From an uncultured Nitrospiraceae bacterium (GTDB taxonomy: Bacteria; Nitrospirota; UBA9217), in the NCBI GenBank assembly GCA_964412455.1, contig CAYPOT010000001.1, positions 2,173 through 66,172 of the forward strand: a DNA stretch of 64,000 bases. Direction: 5' to 3'. The translations under genes were made by a program, and so were the position numbers. Below the pieces are notes generated by a model. The model searched no databases, was not told where the DNA came from, and saw nothing but the letters and a program-made list of their open reading frames with translations. Each line of letters starts with the position of its first letter. The stretch's first letter is position 1. Below are positions 50,444 through 62,150 of this stretch, piece after piece.

Positions 50444-50483
50444 AGGTTATAGGTCACAGGTGATAGGATTAGGATACATCAAG

Positions 50484-50855
50484 TCATCTCTTCTGGTGCG
50501 CGTTTATCAGACTGGAAATCATTTTCGCAATTTCTGTCGCCAACATCTTCAGTTCATGAAGATCAGCTTCTGATATCCATGCGCTTTTGAAAAATATTAT
50601 GAGCTGGGTGACTGATTCATAAAGCGAACCACGGGCAATATACAAAAAATGGATGTACTCCTTTGTCGAATGTCTCCCATTCCCTTCGGCGATATTCGAC
50701 GCAATTGATACAGCAGCCGATTCACAATTTTCGATAATGCGATAGTGTCTGCGATCGGTTTCTATCTTATCCACTACGTGCATAACTCTCGTTGCGTATT
50801 CTACTGATTTTTGCCATACAATGAGTTCCTCAAAACTGAATTTGTCGTTATTCAT
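50484..50855 (-). CDS. four-helix-bundle protein (23S rRNA intervening-sequence protein family)
   Basis: 'FSFEELIVWQKSVEYA...' and 'IAEGNGR' are family hallmarks. ATG at 50855 (MNNDKF). The gene is flanked on both sides by inverted heptamer-repeat arrays. Confidence 0.7.
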   Translation of the reverse strand: MNNDKFSFEELIVWQKSVEYATRVMHVVDKIETDRRHYRIIENCESAAVSIASNIAEGNGRHSTKEYIHFLYIARGSLYESVTQLIIFFKSAWISEADLHELKMLATEIAKMISSLINAHQKR

Positions 50856-50957
50856 TGTATAGACTCGCACCGTGATTTGGTAAGCGGGTGCACCTTCACA
50901 CCTATCACCTATGACCTTTCACCTATCACCTATCATCTATGACCTATCACCTGCCAC

Positions 50958-52418
50958 CTACGTCGGAAGCTCCGGAAGCGGGGATCTGTTCTTCGTGTCA
51001 TGGCGGTTGTAGTCGTCGTCAAACCGGACGATATCGTCCTCTCCAAGATATTCACCGTTCTGGACCTCGATGATCTGGAGCGGGACCTTGCCGGGATTCT
51101 CCAGCCGGTGTTTCGTGGAAATGGGGATATAGGTGCTTTCGTTCGTATGGACGTCATAGACCTTGTCGCCGTTCGTGACCCGCGCCGTTCCCGAGACCAC
51201 GACCCAGTGCTCGCTGCGGTGATGATGGCTTTGATAGGACAATTTTGCGCCGGAATTAACGACAATGCGCTTTATCTTGAACCGCTCCCCTTCCTCCAGT
51301 ACCGTATAGTTCCCCCAGGGGCGGTGGACGGTGCGGTGGGTCATGCGTTCTTCTGAATTGCGTTTTTTCAGTTCGTCCACGACCTTCTTGACGTCCTGAG
51401 CGCGGTCCCTGCTGCAGACCAGCGTGGCATCGGGCGTGTCGACAACGATGGTATTGCTCAGGCCGATCGTGGCCACGAGCCGCTTCTCCGCATAGACCAC
51501 GGAATCGGTGCTGTCGATATCAATGACATTGCCCGAAATGATATTGCCGGCAGCGTCCTTGTCGGTCACCTCTTCCAGGGCGGTCCAGCTGCCCACATCG
51601 GACCAGCCGATGTCCGCGGGCACGATCGCGGCCCGGTCGGTCTTCTCCATGATGCCGTAATCAATGGAGACCGGGTCCAGCCGGGAGAACAGGGTGCGGA
51701 CCGTGTCAGCCTCCCTGCCGCTGCCGATGCTCTTCTGGACATCCATGAGCCCCTGGTGGAGTGAAGGCAGGTGACGTTCAATTTCCTGGAGGAAGGTGCG
51801 CACCTTCCAGACGAACATGCCGCTGTTCCAGTAATACTGGCCGCTTTTCAGGTATCCCTGCGCGGTCTTCAGGTCGGGTTTTTCCACGAAACGCTCCACG
51901 CGGGAAATCCCGGAGAGTCCGGCTTCACGGCATGGTTCACCGGCCTTGATGTAGCCATAGCCTGTCTCGGGACGGCTCGGCTTGATGCCGAGGGTCACCA
52001 GGTAGTCCTGACGGGCCGCCTGCTCCGCGATCTTTATACAGGCCAGGAAGGCCTCGATGTTCCTGATGGCATGGTCCGCTGAAAGGACCACCATGATGCC
52101 GTCGGGATCGATCCTGTTCACGTGGACCGCGGACAGCCCCAGTGCCGGTGCGGTATTCTTCGCTTCCGGCTCGAGGATCAGGTTCCGGTCCCAGGAGCCG
52201 CCGAAGCGCTGGGTGAGCTGTGTCTCGATATCGCAGGCGATCCCCTGATTGGTCACGATAAAGATGTGCTCTTGTTTGATCAGCGGCAGCACCCTGTCGA
52301 CGGTCTGCTGGATAAGGGTATCTTCGCTCCCGATCTTCAGGAGCTGCTTGGGCATCTTTTCGCGGGACAGCGGCCAGAACCGCGTTCCCGATCCGCCCGC
52401 CATGATCACTGCGTACAT
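50958..52418 (-). CDS. manC: mannose-1-phosphate guanylyltransferase / mannose-6-phosphate isomerase (bifunctional, cupin C-terminus)
   Basis: 'VIMAGGSGTRFWPLS' NTP-transferase motif, plus a C-terminal cupin. ATG at 52418 follows GGAGG. Confidence 0.88.
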   Translation of the reverse strand: MYAVIMAGGSGTRFWPLSREKMPKQLLKIGSEDTLIQQTVDRVLPLIKQEHIFIVTNQGIACDIETQLTQRFGGSWDRNLILEPEAKNTAPALGLSAVHVNRIDPDGIMVVLSADHAIRNIEAFLACIKIAEQAARQDYLVTLGIKPSRPETGYGYIKAGEPCREAGLSGISRVERFVEKPDLKTAQGYLKSGQYYWNSGMFVWKVRTFLQEIERHLPSLHQGLMDVQKSIGSGREADTVRTLFSRLDPVSIDYGIMEKTDRAAIVPADIGWSDVGSWTALEEVTDKDAAGNIISGNVIDIDSTDSVVYAEKRLVATIGLSNTIVVDTPDATLVCSRDRAQDVKKVVDELKKRNSEERMTHRTVHRPWGNYTVLEEGERFKIKRIVVNSGAKLSYQSHHHRSEHWVVVSGTARVTNGDKVYDVHTNESTYIPISTKHRLENPGKVPLQIIEVQNGEYLGEDDIVRFDDDYNRHDTKNRSPLPELPT

Positions 52419-52556
52419 GAATGAACCTCCAAACATCAGATTACAGGTGATAGATTATAGGTGATAGGTGACGCGTGATGGACAAAAGCTATTTACGATC
52501 TTTGCGCCTTGACCTTTGACCTATAACCTATGACCTATCACCTACGACCTAATAAC

Positions 52557-53648
<1,092 letters not shown>

Positions 53649-53672
53649 TCAATTATTCCAGAGAGTTACAAG

Positions 53673-55106
53673 GTGCAACGCATGCGCTCTTATCGCAGAA
53701 GACTGGGCACGATTATACTGTTTCTCGGTGATATTGTCATTCTTTTTTTCATTGCCGCTCTCGCTATTGCGGTGCGGGATGTCCTCCCCTCAGTGGTCCC
53801 CGGCTTTCCAAAATTTTCGCGTACCATCAATTATGCGTGGTGGTTCTTCCCCGTCTGGATCATCATCCTGACCTATGAAGGGGCCTACACGAAGAAATTC
53901 ACCTTTTGGGATGAAGTGAAATTGCTCTGGAAGGCGGCGTTGTTCTCCACGCTGGCGATCCTGAGCATCGTGTTCATCGGCAAGGTCGGAGTGTCCGTCT
54001 CCCGCACGGTTGTGATCCTGATCGGGGTCCTCTCCATGGTCCTGTTCCCCCTGTTCAGGATCTCTCTGAAACGGCGCCTTATCAGCGCGGGGCTGCTCAA
54101 GCGGAAGGTACTGATCCTCGGCGCGAACGAGAGCGGTGTGCTTGCCCTGAAGGCGCTGCGGGGTGAGCCGAACCTCGGGTACGAGGTCATCGGATTTCTC
54201 GACGATACGCACCGGCAGGGCCGAACCTGTGTTGAGGGGATCAAGGTGCATGGACGGCTCGACCGTATCGAGCGTTATCTCAGCAACGCGGACATCCACG
54301 ATGTGGTCCTGGCTTTGCCGGACCACGACAAGGGAGCCTTGAACAACCTGGTAACCCGCCTCCAGCACAAGGCGGCGAGCGTCCTCTATTTCCCCGACTA
54401 TTCCGGCATCGCGGTCATCGGGACCGAGATCCGGCATTTTTTTCACGACCAGGCGTTCGCGCTGGAGATCAAGAACAATCTAGCCGAGCCGCTCAATGCC
54501 TACACGAAAAAGGCCTTCGATCTTATCATCGGGCTGCTGCTGTTCCTGCTCCTCGCCGTTCCCCTGGCGGTCATCTCCCTGCTGATCCGGGCGACCTCGC
54601 GAGGACCGGCGATCTATAAGCAGGAACGGATCGGAAAGAACGGAAGGCCCTTCCTGTGCTACAAGTTCAGGACCATGTACCAAGACGCGGACGAGCGGCT
54701 GTCCGGCATTCTGGAAAGCGACCGGTCGGCTAAGAAAGAGTGGGAGGCATTCCGGAAGCTGAAGGACGACCCTCGGATCACCCGACTCGGCGGTCTTCTC
54801 CGCAGGACGTCGCTCGACGAGCTTCCGCAGATCCTGAACGTGCTGAAGGGCGAGATGAGCCTTGTGGGGCCGAGGCCGGTCACCGCTGAGGAGATCGAAC
54901 AGTACTACAAGGAGAGCGCCGATATCTGTTATTCCGTTCTTCCCGGGATCACCGGGCTCTGGCAGGTCAGCGGGAGGAGCAATACGTCCTACGACTACCG
55001 GATCATGCTCGACTCGTGGTATGTGCGGAACTGGAACCTCTGGCTGGACATCGTGATCCTGTTGAAAACGGCCTATGTGGTGGTTAAGAAGGAAGGGGCG
55101 AGGTAG
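53673..55106 (+). CDS. undecaprenyl-phosphate hexose-1-phosphate transferase (WbaP/exopolysaccharide priming sugar transferase)
   Basis: Four to five N-terminal TM helices, and the C-terminal bacterial sugar-transferase domain 'RPFLCYKFRTM...LPQILNVLKGEMSLVGPRP'. Confidence 0.85.
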   Translation: MQRMRSYRRRLGTIILFLGDIVILFFIAALAIAVRDVLPSVVPGFPKFSRTINYAWWFFPVWIIILTYEGAYTKKFTFWDEVKLLWKAALFSTLAILSIVFIGKVGVSVSRTVVILIGVLSMVLFPLFRISLKRRLISAGLLKRKVLILGANESGVLALKALRGEPNLGYEVIGFLDDTHRQGRTCVEGIKVHGRLDRIERYLSNADIHDVVLALPDHDKGALNNLVTRLQHKAASVLYFPDYSGIAVIGTEIRHFFHDQAFALEIKNNLAEPLNAYTKKAFDLIIGLLLFLLLAVPLAVISLLIRATSRGPAIYKQERIGKNGRPFLCYKFRTMYQDADERLSGILESDRSAKKEWEAFRKLKDDPRITRLGGLLRRTSLDELPQILNVLKGEMSLVGPRPVTAEEIEQYYKESADICYSVLPGITGLWQVSGRSNTSYDYRIMLDSWYVRNWNLWLDIVILLKTAYVVVKKEGAR

Positions 55107-55179
55107 ATCAGCACAGAGATGGCAGCTCGTAGTTGCTAGTTTATGGGTCATAGCTGAAAACAGCGGCAAAAGCTATGAG

Positions 55180-56331
55180 CTATACGCGGTGGGCGGAAAT
55201 CCTTGATTCAACGAACTCCTTATACTCTCTTCTGAACCGCTCCGTGCTGAACTGTTCGGCATTTTTCCTGATGGCGGCAGGATCGAACATCTCCCGGTTG
55301 TCCTCGAAGCGCTGCACGGCCTCCCTCAATGAACCGACCGTCTGCTCATCAAAGAACACTCCGGTCGGGGCTCTGTCTTCGCCATTCCGCGCTCCATTCG
55401 CCGCATTCCGCAACGGAACTACGGTCTCCGTCACCCCTCCCCTGCCGAAGGCGATCACCGGTGTGCCGCACGCCTGCGCCTCGACCGGGATGATGCCGAA
55501 ATCCTCCTCCGCGGCAAAAATGAACGCTTTGGCCTTCTGCATCAGATCCCGCAAAATATCGCTGGACTGGTACCCGAGGAACTCGACGTTCTTGCCGGCG
55601 CGTGCGCGGATTTTCTCGTAATCCGGTCCATCTCCCACGACGGTAAGACGCTTGCCCTGCATGGTTGAGAACGCTTCGACGATCAGGTTCATTTTCTTGT
55701 AGGGGACCATCCTCGATGCGGCCAGATAGAACTCCTCTTTCAGGAAGCTGACGGGGAACCCGTCGACATCCACGGGAGGATAGATCACCGTTGATTCCCT
55801 TCCATAGGCCCGCCTGATGCGATCGGCAATATAATGGGAATTTGCGATGAAATAGTCCACCCGATTTGCCGTTCTTGCGTCCCACGCCTTCAAACGTCCG
55901 AGCAGAAGTTTCACGAAGATGCCTGTAATACCTTTGTCAAGACCCGCCTCCTTCAGGTACTGGTCCCGGAGGTCCCAGGCGTACCTCATGGGGGTATGGC
56001 AGTAGCAGATATGCAGCTGGTCAGGGTTCTTCCGCACGCCCTTTGCCACGGCATGGGACGACGAGAGGATCAGATCATAGGCGGAGAGGTCGAACCGCTC
56101 AACCGCAAGGGGCATAAGCGGCAGGTAGGAACGGTACCTATGCCGGGCAAAAGGCAGACTCTGGATGAACGAGATCCGTGACTTCTTGAATATGCCGTGC
56201 CGGTCTCTGTCTGGCAGAAAGTCTACCAGGCTGTAAAGGTCGGCATCGGGAAAGAGCGCCAGCATCTGCTCGACCACCCGCTCCGATCCCGCATAGGTCA
56301 CCAGCCAGTCATGGATAATGGCGATCTTCAT
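55180..56331 (-). CDS. family 4 (GT-B) glycosyltransferase
   Basis: The N-terminus 'KIAIIHDWL' and a C-terminal Glycos_transf_1 'E..E' region. Confidence 0.8.
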   Translation of the reverse strand: MKIAIIHDWLVTYAGSERVVEQMLALFPDADLYSLVDFLPDRDRHGIFKKSRISFIQSLPFARHRYRSYLPLMPLAVERFDLSAYDLILSSSHAVAKGVRKNPDQLHICYCHTPMRYAWDLRDQYLKEAGLDKGITGIFVKLLLGRLKAWDARTANRVDYFIANSHYIADRIRRAYGRESTVIYPPVDVDGFPVSFLKEEFYLAASRMVPYKKMNLIVEAFSTMQGKRLTVVGDGPDYEKIRARAGKNVEFLGYQSSDILRDLMQKAKAFIFAAEEDFGIIPVEAQACGTPVIAFGRGGVTETVVPLRNAANGARNGEDRAPTGVFFDEQTVGSLREAVQRFEDNREMFDPAAIRKNAEQFSTERFRREYKEFVESRISAHRV

Positions 56332-57287
56332 GATGTTGTCTTCCCGATGGTAGGGTCGCTGATCAGTTCACGGAAGGCTACCCACACGCTCGAAAGGAGA
56401 ACCCCGGCTTCTTCCCTGTTCTTCGACCTGACGTCCGGGTGGGCGAAGAACGAAAGGTCCCATCGCGTCCGCTTTACGAGGAGTAGAAATAGAGTTGCAC
56501 AGGCAACAGCAACGAATTCGGCGATACCGCGGTTTTTCCTGAAATAGTACAAATGACTGCGTCGGACCTCAATTACGATCTTCAGGTTTATGCGATTTTT
56601 CTTTGAGGCGAGCGGCGCCTTGTGGATGATCGACGTTGTGGGATCATAGAGCACACTCCAACCCCTTTTGCGCGCCCGAAGACACCAGTCCACCTCCTCA
56701 TAATACATAAAAAAACGTTCATCAAGCAGTCCGATATCTTCGACTACGCTCCTGCGGATAAGGAGGAAGGCGCCGGTCACCCAGTCTACGTCGTGCGCAT
56801 GATCGTATCCCGTCAAGTCATATTTCCGCAGGTGTCGAGGCCTGAACATGTCCCTGATCGTGGACCAGAGCGACGGGAAATTGCCGGTCGAATACTGGAG
56901 CGAACCATCAGGATTCATGAGCCTGCATCCCACGATGCCCGCTATGGAATTGGGGAGTTCCTGCACCAGGAGCCTTCCGAGCGATTCGAGTGTATCCGGG
57001 AGCAGTTCCGTATCGCTGTTCAGGAGAATGATATAGCGTCCTCTGCTGGCACGGATGCCCTGATTGCAGGCCTTCGAAAAACCCAGATTATCGGTATTTT
57101 CGATCACGGCGACCGCGGGGAACTCCTGCCGGAGCATGTCCGTACTTCCATCCGACGAATGGTTGTCCACGACGATGATCTCAAGGGACAGAGGATGGAT
57201 ATCCATCCGGATACTCTTCAGACACGACCTGAGCAGATCGCGGGTATTGTAGTTCACAATGATGATCGAGAAAAAGATTACGCTCAT
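56328..57287 (-). CDS. family 2 glycosyltransferase
   Basis: 'FSIIIVNYNTRDLL' and 'DNHSSDGS...LNSDTE'. It overlaps its neighbours by 4 nt on each side. Confidence 0.8.
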   Translation of the reverse strand: MSVIFFSIIIVNYNTRDLLRSCLKSIRMDIHPLSLEIIVVDNHSSDGSTDMLRQEFPAVAVIENTDNLGFSKACNQGIRASRGRYIILLNSDTELLPDTLESLGRLLVQELPNSIAGIVGCRLMNPDGSLQYSTGNFPSLWSTIRDMFRPRHLRKYDLTGYDHAHDVDWVTGAFLLIRRSVVEDIGLLDERFFMYYEEVDWCLRARKRGWSVLYDPTTSIIHKAPLASKKNRINLKIVIEVRRSHLYYFRKNRGIAEFVAVACATLFLLLVKRTRWDLSFFAHPDVRSKNREEAGVLLSSVWVAFRELISDPTIGKTTS

Positions 57288-57907
57288 CGAGACCGCTTTC
57301 GGGCACGAAAGATGAGATGTACGGCAAACAACGAAGGAAATGACCGTACGAGAAACAAAGGCATCCGGGTGGCGGCAGGATGGAACTGATCAATTTGACA
57401 GCCTGCGCGTTCGAGCAGCTGACGGGCTGATGCGATGGTGAAGAACCTGAGGTGAGTGCGGTCGAGGATGCCCTCGTCTGCATACTCGAATCTTCCGAGC
57501 AAAAGGCTGATCCGAACCTTCCAGTTCGCCACATTAGGCAGGGAGACTATGAAACAACCATCTTCATGCAGGTAACTTCCGAGCCGTTCAAGCACCGAAA
57601 GCGGCGACCGAAGATGTTCCAGTACGTCAGCACACACGATGACGTCATAGGTCCCTGCTGCTGCCTGCAGAATGTTAGGATCCTCAATGGATCCGATAAT
57701 GATCCGGGAGCAGTACGGCCGCGCTTTTTCTGCCTCTGCCTGGTCCAGCTCGATCGCCGTCACGGTACAGCCGGTATGGGTGAACATCTCGCTGAGATAC
57801 CCTGCTGAGCAGCCGACCTCCAGGATACGCTTCGCGCTGCCGACCAGTCGTATGATGGTCGCATGCGCGGTATGTGGATGAGCGATGTTGAGACCATAGT
57901 GTGCCAT
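57284..57907 (-). CDS. class I SAM-dependent methyltransferase
   Basis: Motif I 'ILEVGCSAGYL'. ATG at 57907 (MAHYG). Confidence 0.65.
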   Translation of the reverse strand: MAHYGLNIAHPHTAHATIIRLVGSAKRILEVGCSAGYLSEMFTHTGCTVTAIELDQAEAEKARPYCSRIIIGSIEDPNILQAAAGTYDVIVCADVLEHLRSPLSVLERLGSYLHEDGCFIVSLPNVANWKVRISLLLGRFEYADEGILDRTHLRFFTIASARQLLERAGCQIDQFHPAATRMPLFLVRSFPSLFAVHLIFRARKRSR

Positions 57908-57911
57908 AATC

Positions 57912-59102
57912 CTAGGAAGAAGCCCCTCTCTTCGCGAGCCGGTGATATGCAGTAGCGGTGCTCTCGGCGACGACGGTTGGGTGGTATTTCCGTTCAGCAA
58001 GATCTCGGCCCATTTTGCCGTACCGTTCACGGAGAGCGGGATTCTGCACGAGAGACCGCAGACCCTGGTAGAGAGCGGTGGCATCAGCCGGCTGCACCAG
58101 AATGCCAGCGTCCTCCACGACATCGGGAATGGACCCGCTAAGCGTGGATACCACCGGTCTGCCGCACGCCAGGGCCTCGATCAGGACCATGCCGAATTGC
58201 TCCTGCCATTCTTCGGTCGGAATGCTCGGGAGTACAAAGATGTCCGCCGCCGCATAATAGTCCGGCAACCGGTCATGGTCAACGCCGCCGCACCAGATGA
58301 CCCGATCACTGATCCCTAGTCGATCCGCAGTGGCCTTCAACGTCAACTCCTGTTCACCGGTGCCGACGATGGCGAGTTTGAGACCACTCCCGGGGGGTGC
58401 ATCCTGCAGTAGCCTCCTGAAGGCGTACAGGAGGAACTCAATACCCTTTGATCGGTGGAGACGTGCGACGGTCAGAATGAGGGTGTCGTCCTTGCCGCAC
58501 TCGAGAGAGAGCCGAACAGGGTTCTGCTGCGCCGACGGTCTGAACAGCGCCAGATCGACCGGCTGCGGTATCACCATGATCTTATGGTCTGGCACGCCTT
58601 GCAGGATCAGCATCTGCTTGGCACGTTCGGTTACCGGAAGGAACAAGTCAGTCTGTTCACGTACCACCCTGCTGAGATTCAGGTAAATACCTCTCCGCTC
58701 GTCCTGGAACGGGATGTTCTCCCACACGGTCAGCGCGAGTTTGTTTCCATGTCGCTTCCTGATCAAGGCCGCCTGATAGGAGAAGAGATGGTGCGTGTCG
58801 GCGGAGTGGATGATATCGCACGAGCTGAGCACAGCATCCAGTCCGAACAGCCATTGATTGTATCGGACATACTTGTAGAGCCCGCGATTGATCAGCCGGC
58901 CGGCAGACCTGCCGAAAGCATAGAAACACTCGCCTGGCCAATGCAACCGGGAAACGGGAAGCGGTATCCCCGATATGTCGAACAGGGGATGATGCGTCCC
59001 GATGGCATGGATATCGAACTGGTCCGCGAGGGACGAATAACGCATCATTTCCCAGGGATTCAGGTACCAACCCCTCAATATGGCGATCTTAAGTTTTCGC
59101 AT
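57912..59102 (-). CDS. family 4 glycosyltransferase
   Basis: GT-B C-terminal domain 'VGTGEQE...FVLPSIPTEEWQEQFGMVLIEALACGRPVV' (EX7E). Confidence 0.75.
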   Translation of the reverse strand: MRKLKIAILRGWYLNPWEMMRYSSLADQFDIHAIGTHHPLFDISGIPLPVSRLHWPGECFYAFGRSAGRLINRGLYKYVRYNQWLFGLDAVLSSCDIIHSADTHHLFSYQAALIRKRHGNKLALTVWENIPFQDERRGIYLNLSRVVREQTDLFLPVTERAKQMLILQGVPDHKIMVIPQPVDLALFRPSAQQNPVRLSLECGKDDTLILTVARLHRSKGIEFLLYAFRRLLQDAPPGSGLKLAIVGTGEQELTLKATADRLGISDRVIWCGGVDHDRLPDYYAAADIFVLPSIPTEEWQEQFGMVLIEALACGRPVVSTLSGSIPDVVEDAGILVQPADATALYQGLRSLVQNPALRERYGKMGRDLAERKYHPTVVAESTATAYHRLAKRGASS

Positions 59103-59153
59103 GGTTTTCAGATGATTAAGCGACAGTACGTCATTCTGTCAGAAATGATCCTC

Positions 59154-60059
59154 TCAGATAAGTGCTTTTTTCATACGTTTGTATTGATCGATTGCTTTCC
59201 GCGTACATGTCGTTCCGATCGTTCGATAGAGAAAGCTCCTGGTCCAAAGTTTCATTGGCATCCAGATTCTGTTGAATATGAGGAACGCTGTCCGTTTGAG
59301 CGAGAGGGTGCCAAAATACGATCTGTTGATGGCGTTCACTTCCCGCTTGCTCTGAGCTGAACGGGAGAAAGTTGCTCCCGTGTTCCTGCAGTTGACGAGA
59401 GCACTATCGATCCGGATAAAAGGAATGTTGTGCCGCATGCTCCGTGCAAAGAAGTCGTAGTCGCCGCCTAATTGAAACCGGGTATCGTAGAGACCGATCG
59501 CCTCGTATATATCCTTGTGCACGAACATGCTCTGATGATTAACCGTCATGCCAAGCCAGTAGCTCAAGGTCGAATGGAACAGGGCCTTCAGGCCGTACGC
59601 TTCGTCCATATAATAAGCATTGCCGTAGATAATACTGGGTATACGACACGTCATAAAACGCTCGCTCACGAGCTGGAGCGCACCTGGTTCCAGATAGTCG
59701 TCGGCGTTCAAGAGGTTGATCAGGTCCCCTGTGGCGGCCCTGATCCCTTTGTTCATGGCATCATAGATGCCCTTGTCCGGTTCACTGACCCAATAGTCGA
59801 CCCTGTCCGCAAACTTCCGTATAATATCGAGCGTACCATCGGTCGAGCCCCCGTCAATGATGATATACTCGATCCTGTCATAGGATTGATCGATAATGCT
59901 CTTTATGGTGCATTCGAGAGTTTTTTCTCCGTTGCGTACGGCGGTAATGATGGTAATGAGAGGTGCGGACACACATCCTTCGGAAGAAGACGGTATACTG
60001 CGGCGCGATCCTCCTTCGATCCGTGTGGAATGAGAAGGCTGGTTCTGATAATAGGACAT
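59154..60059 (-). CDS. family 2 glycosyltransferase
   Basis: 'ITIITAVRNGEKTL' and 'IIDGGSTDGT...DKGIYDAMNKG...LNADD'. Confidence 0.8.
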   Translation of the reverse strand: MSYYQNQPSHSTRIEGGSRRSIPSSSEGCVSAPLITIITAVRNGEKTLECTIKSIIDQSYDRIEYIIIDGGSTDGTLDIIRKFADRVDYWVSEPDKGIYDAMNKGIRAATGDLINLLNADDYLEPGALQLVSERFMTCRIPSIIYGNAYYMDEAYGLKALFHSTLSYWLGMTVNHQSMFVHKDIYEAIGLYDTRFQLGGDYDFFARSMRHNIPFIRIDSALVNCRNTGATFSRSAQSKREVNAINRSYFGTLSLKRTAFLIFNRIWMPMKLWTRSFLYRTIGTTCTRKAIDQYKRMKKALI

Positions 60060-60116
60060 TGTCAATAGTTTATGCAAATTGTCGCCGCCTTTAGGTCTAC
60101 ATCTGAAACTTATAGG

Positions 60117-60842
60117 CTATTTTCGAAAAAAGACCCCGTCCATCTGGAGAAGCCTGCCGCTCTGAACATCGCTGAAAACGGGGAAAAGAGCATGCAGGGC
60201 ATAACCGAGTCCGTCAAGCTTTTCGATCATTTCACGATAGAGAACCTGGTTCTCATAAAGCGGTATAAGCGACAGCTCAAGCTGAATGCCCATGATACGC
60301 GGCAAGATGCCGGCAGTTCCATCTATCACCTGGGATTCATATCCCTGAACGTCGATTTTGAGATACGCTGCAGAGGAACTGGCAACATAATTCATTGCAC
60401 TCTCGTCCAGTCGGCGCAGCGGAACCAACTGATCAGCGATATAGACCGAATCCGGCGCGGACTTGACATGAGCGTCGAGCATATTGAGCACTGAGCTGCT
60501 CTGGGAATTGCCGGAAATATGCAAGGTGATCTCGCCTGATCTTTCACCGACAGCCATCCGGGGCGCAATGATCCAGTCCTGGACATTTCGGCTCCGCTTG
60601 ACAAGCTGTTCATGAGCTGAAAGCAGTGGTTCAAAGGACACGATCGTGCCTCGGTAGCCAAGTTTACGAAGGAACATGCCATATTGTCCGGTATTCGCTC
60701 CAACATCGAGCACGAGGTCAATACCGTGATGTTCGAGCAACCGCTTGATTCTGCAACGCTCCGAAGTATCAACCGTATAGCGTCGCACTTCAAGGCCGCA
60801 GGCACGAAATAGGTATTTTACGAGAGATGAAAGAGATTGCAT
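60117..60842 (-). CDS. FkbM-family methyltransferase
   Basis: 'VLDVGANTGQY' and 'VSFEP' are FkbM-family blocks. Confidence 0.75.
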   Translation of the reverse strand: MQSLSSLVKYLFRACGLEVRRYTVDTSERCRIKRLLEHHGIDLVLDVGANTGQYGMFLRKLGYRGTIVSFEPLLSAHEQLVKRSRNVQDWIIAPRMAVGERSGEITLHISGNSQSSSVLNMLDAHVKSAPDSVYIADQLVPLRRLDESAMNYVASSSAAYLKIDVQGYESQVIDGTAGILPRIMGIQLELSLIPLYENQVLYREMIEKLDGLGYALHALFPVFSDVQSGRLLQMDGVFFRK

Positions 60843-60857
60843 CAGGTGAATCTCCGA

Positions 60858-62123
60858 TCAAGTGTGAGATTTATAGTACGGCAATACGATCTCACGATAG
60901 AGGTCAAGGTAGCGTTGAGCGACGATCTGCGACGAAAAGGTAGTGACGGCCTTGGCCCGGGCATTGCTCGATAATATTCTTCGTCTTGTATCGTTTTCGA
61001 GAACCCAGGCAATACCGTCTGCAAGGTTTTCAGTAGAAAACGGTGAGGCTAAATACCCATTTACCTGATGATCAACGATATCCTTCAGCCCCGTCCCATC
61101 AAAGGCGACAACCGGTATCCCGCATGCCATGGCTTCGGACGCGGTCTGCCCAAACGCTTCCTGTGTTGACGGCACAATCATGACATCCGCCGCAGAATAT
61201 ACCAAGGAAAGACTGATGTCATCATGAAGACGACCTAGATACCGTACGCGCGTGCGAACATCCATGGGCGTTGCAGGTTTCGAAGAACCAAAGACGAGCA
61301 GTTCAATGCCGGTCTTATCATTGCCATGGAGATATTTGTTTACCGCTAAGACAAGCTTGTCATATCCCTTCCGATTATCAGAGACGGCATTTACGGCGCC
61401 AAACAAGATCAGTTTGCGGTCTTTGGGGAGACCCAACAGTTCGCGTGCGACCGATTTGTCTATGGGTCTATACTCATTCACATTCAGTGCGTTTGGTATG
61501 ACCTCAATACGATAGCGACTCATGAGAGAACTGGACCTTGCTCTTTCGGCAAGCCATGTGCTGGGACAAACTATGGTAAGGGCGAGATCTTGATATGCCT
61601 GAGATTTGCGTTTCCATGTGCACCACGACAGGTCCGTACGGCTGTCGCTGGCCAGTTGAGGGCAATTACCGCAGTGTGACTGATATTTGTCGCAGTCATA
61701 ACCATAATGGCAGCCTCCGGTGAAGGGCCACATGTCATGAAGTGTCCATACAAGTGGTCGCTTCATGTGCCTGAGAGAGCCCAGGCGCAGGAAACCATCA
61801 CAGACCCAGTGAATGTTGATCACGGCGGGAGCAAGTTCGTTGACCTGATGTACCACCTGATCGGGGACCCATGCCAGGGAAAAGGCTGTACGCTTCCTGT
61901 TCGGATACAATCGCAAGGGTGCAGTGTCGATATGGGGAGCCAAGCGCGTCCACCCTCGCACGAACACGGATGGAAAAGTCTTGATCGAGGGATCTTCACT
62001 GCTCTTCCTGCCGACAAACATGCATGCGTCTGCACCGGCCGTCACGAGGCCCTGATGCAATCTACGAGCTGCAACAAATGCCCCTTCTCTTCCATCAGAT
62101 GCCGATAGGAGACAAATATTCAT
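60858..62123 (-). CDS. family 4 glycosyltransferase (Glyco_trans_4-like N-domain plus Glycos_transf_1)
   Basis: 'NIHWVCDGF' N-domain, and a C-terminal 'LLVFGS...PSTQEAFGQTASEAMACGIPVVAF'. Confidence 0.75.
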   Translation of the reverse strand: MNICLLSASDGREGAFVAARRLHQGLVTAGADACMFVGRKSSEDPSIKTFPSVFVRGWTRLAPHIDTAPLRLYPNRKRTAFSLAWVPDQVVHQVNELAPAVINIHWVCDGFLRLGSLRHMKRPLVWTLHDMWPFTGGCHYGYDCDKYQSHCGNCPQLASDSRTDLSWCTWKRKSQAYQDLALTIVCPSTWLAERARSSSLMSRYRIEVIPNALNVNEYRPIDKSVARELLGLPKDRKLILFGAVNAVSDNRKGYDKLVLAVNKYLHGNDKTGIELLVFGSSKPATPMDVRTRVRYLGRLHDDISLSLVYSAADVMIVPSTQEAFGQTASEAMACGIPVVAFDGTGLKDIVDHQVNGYLASPFSTENLADGIAWVLENDTRRRILSSNARAKAVTTFSSQIVAQRYLDLYREIVLPYYKSHT

Positions 62124-62150
62124 AATAAAATCTTCCCTAAGAATAAGGAG

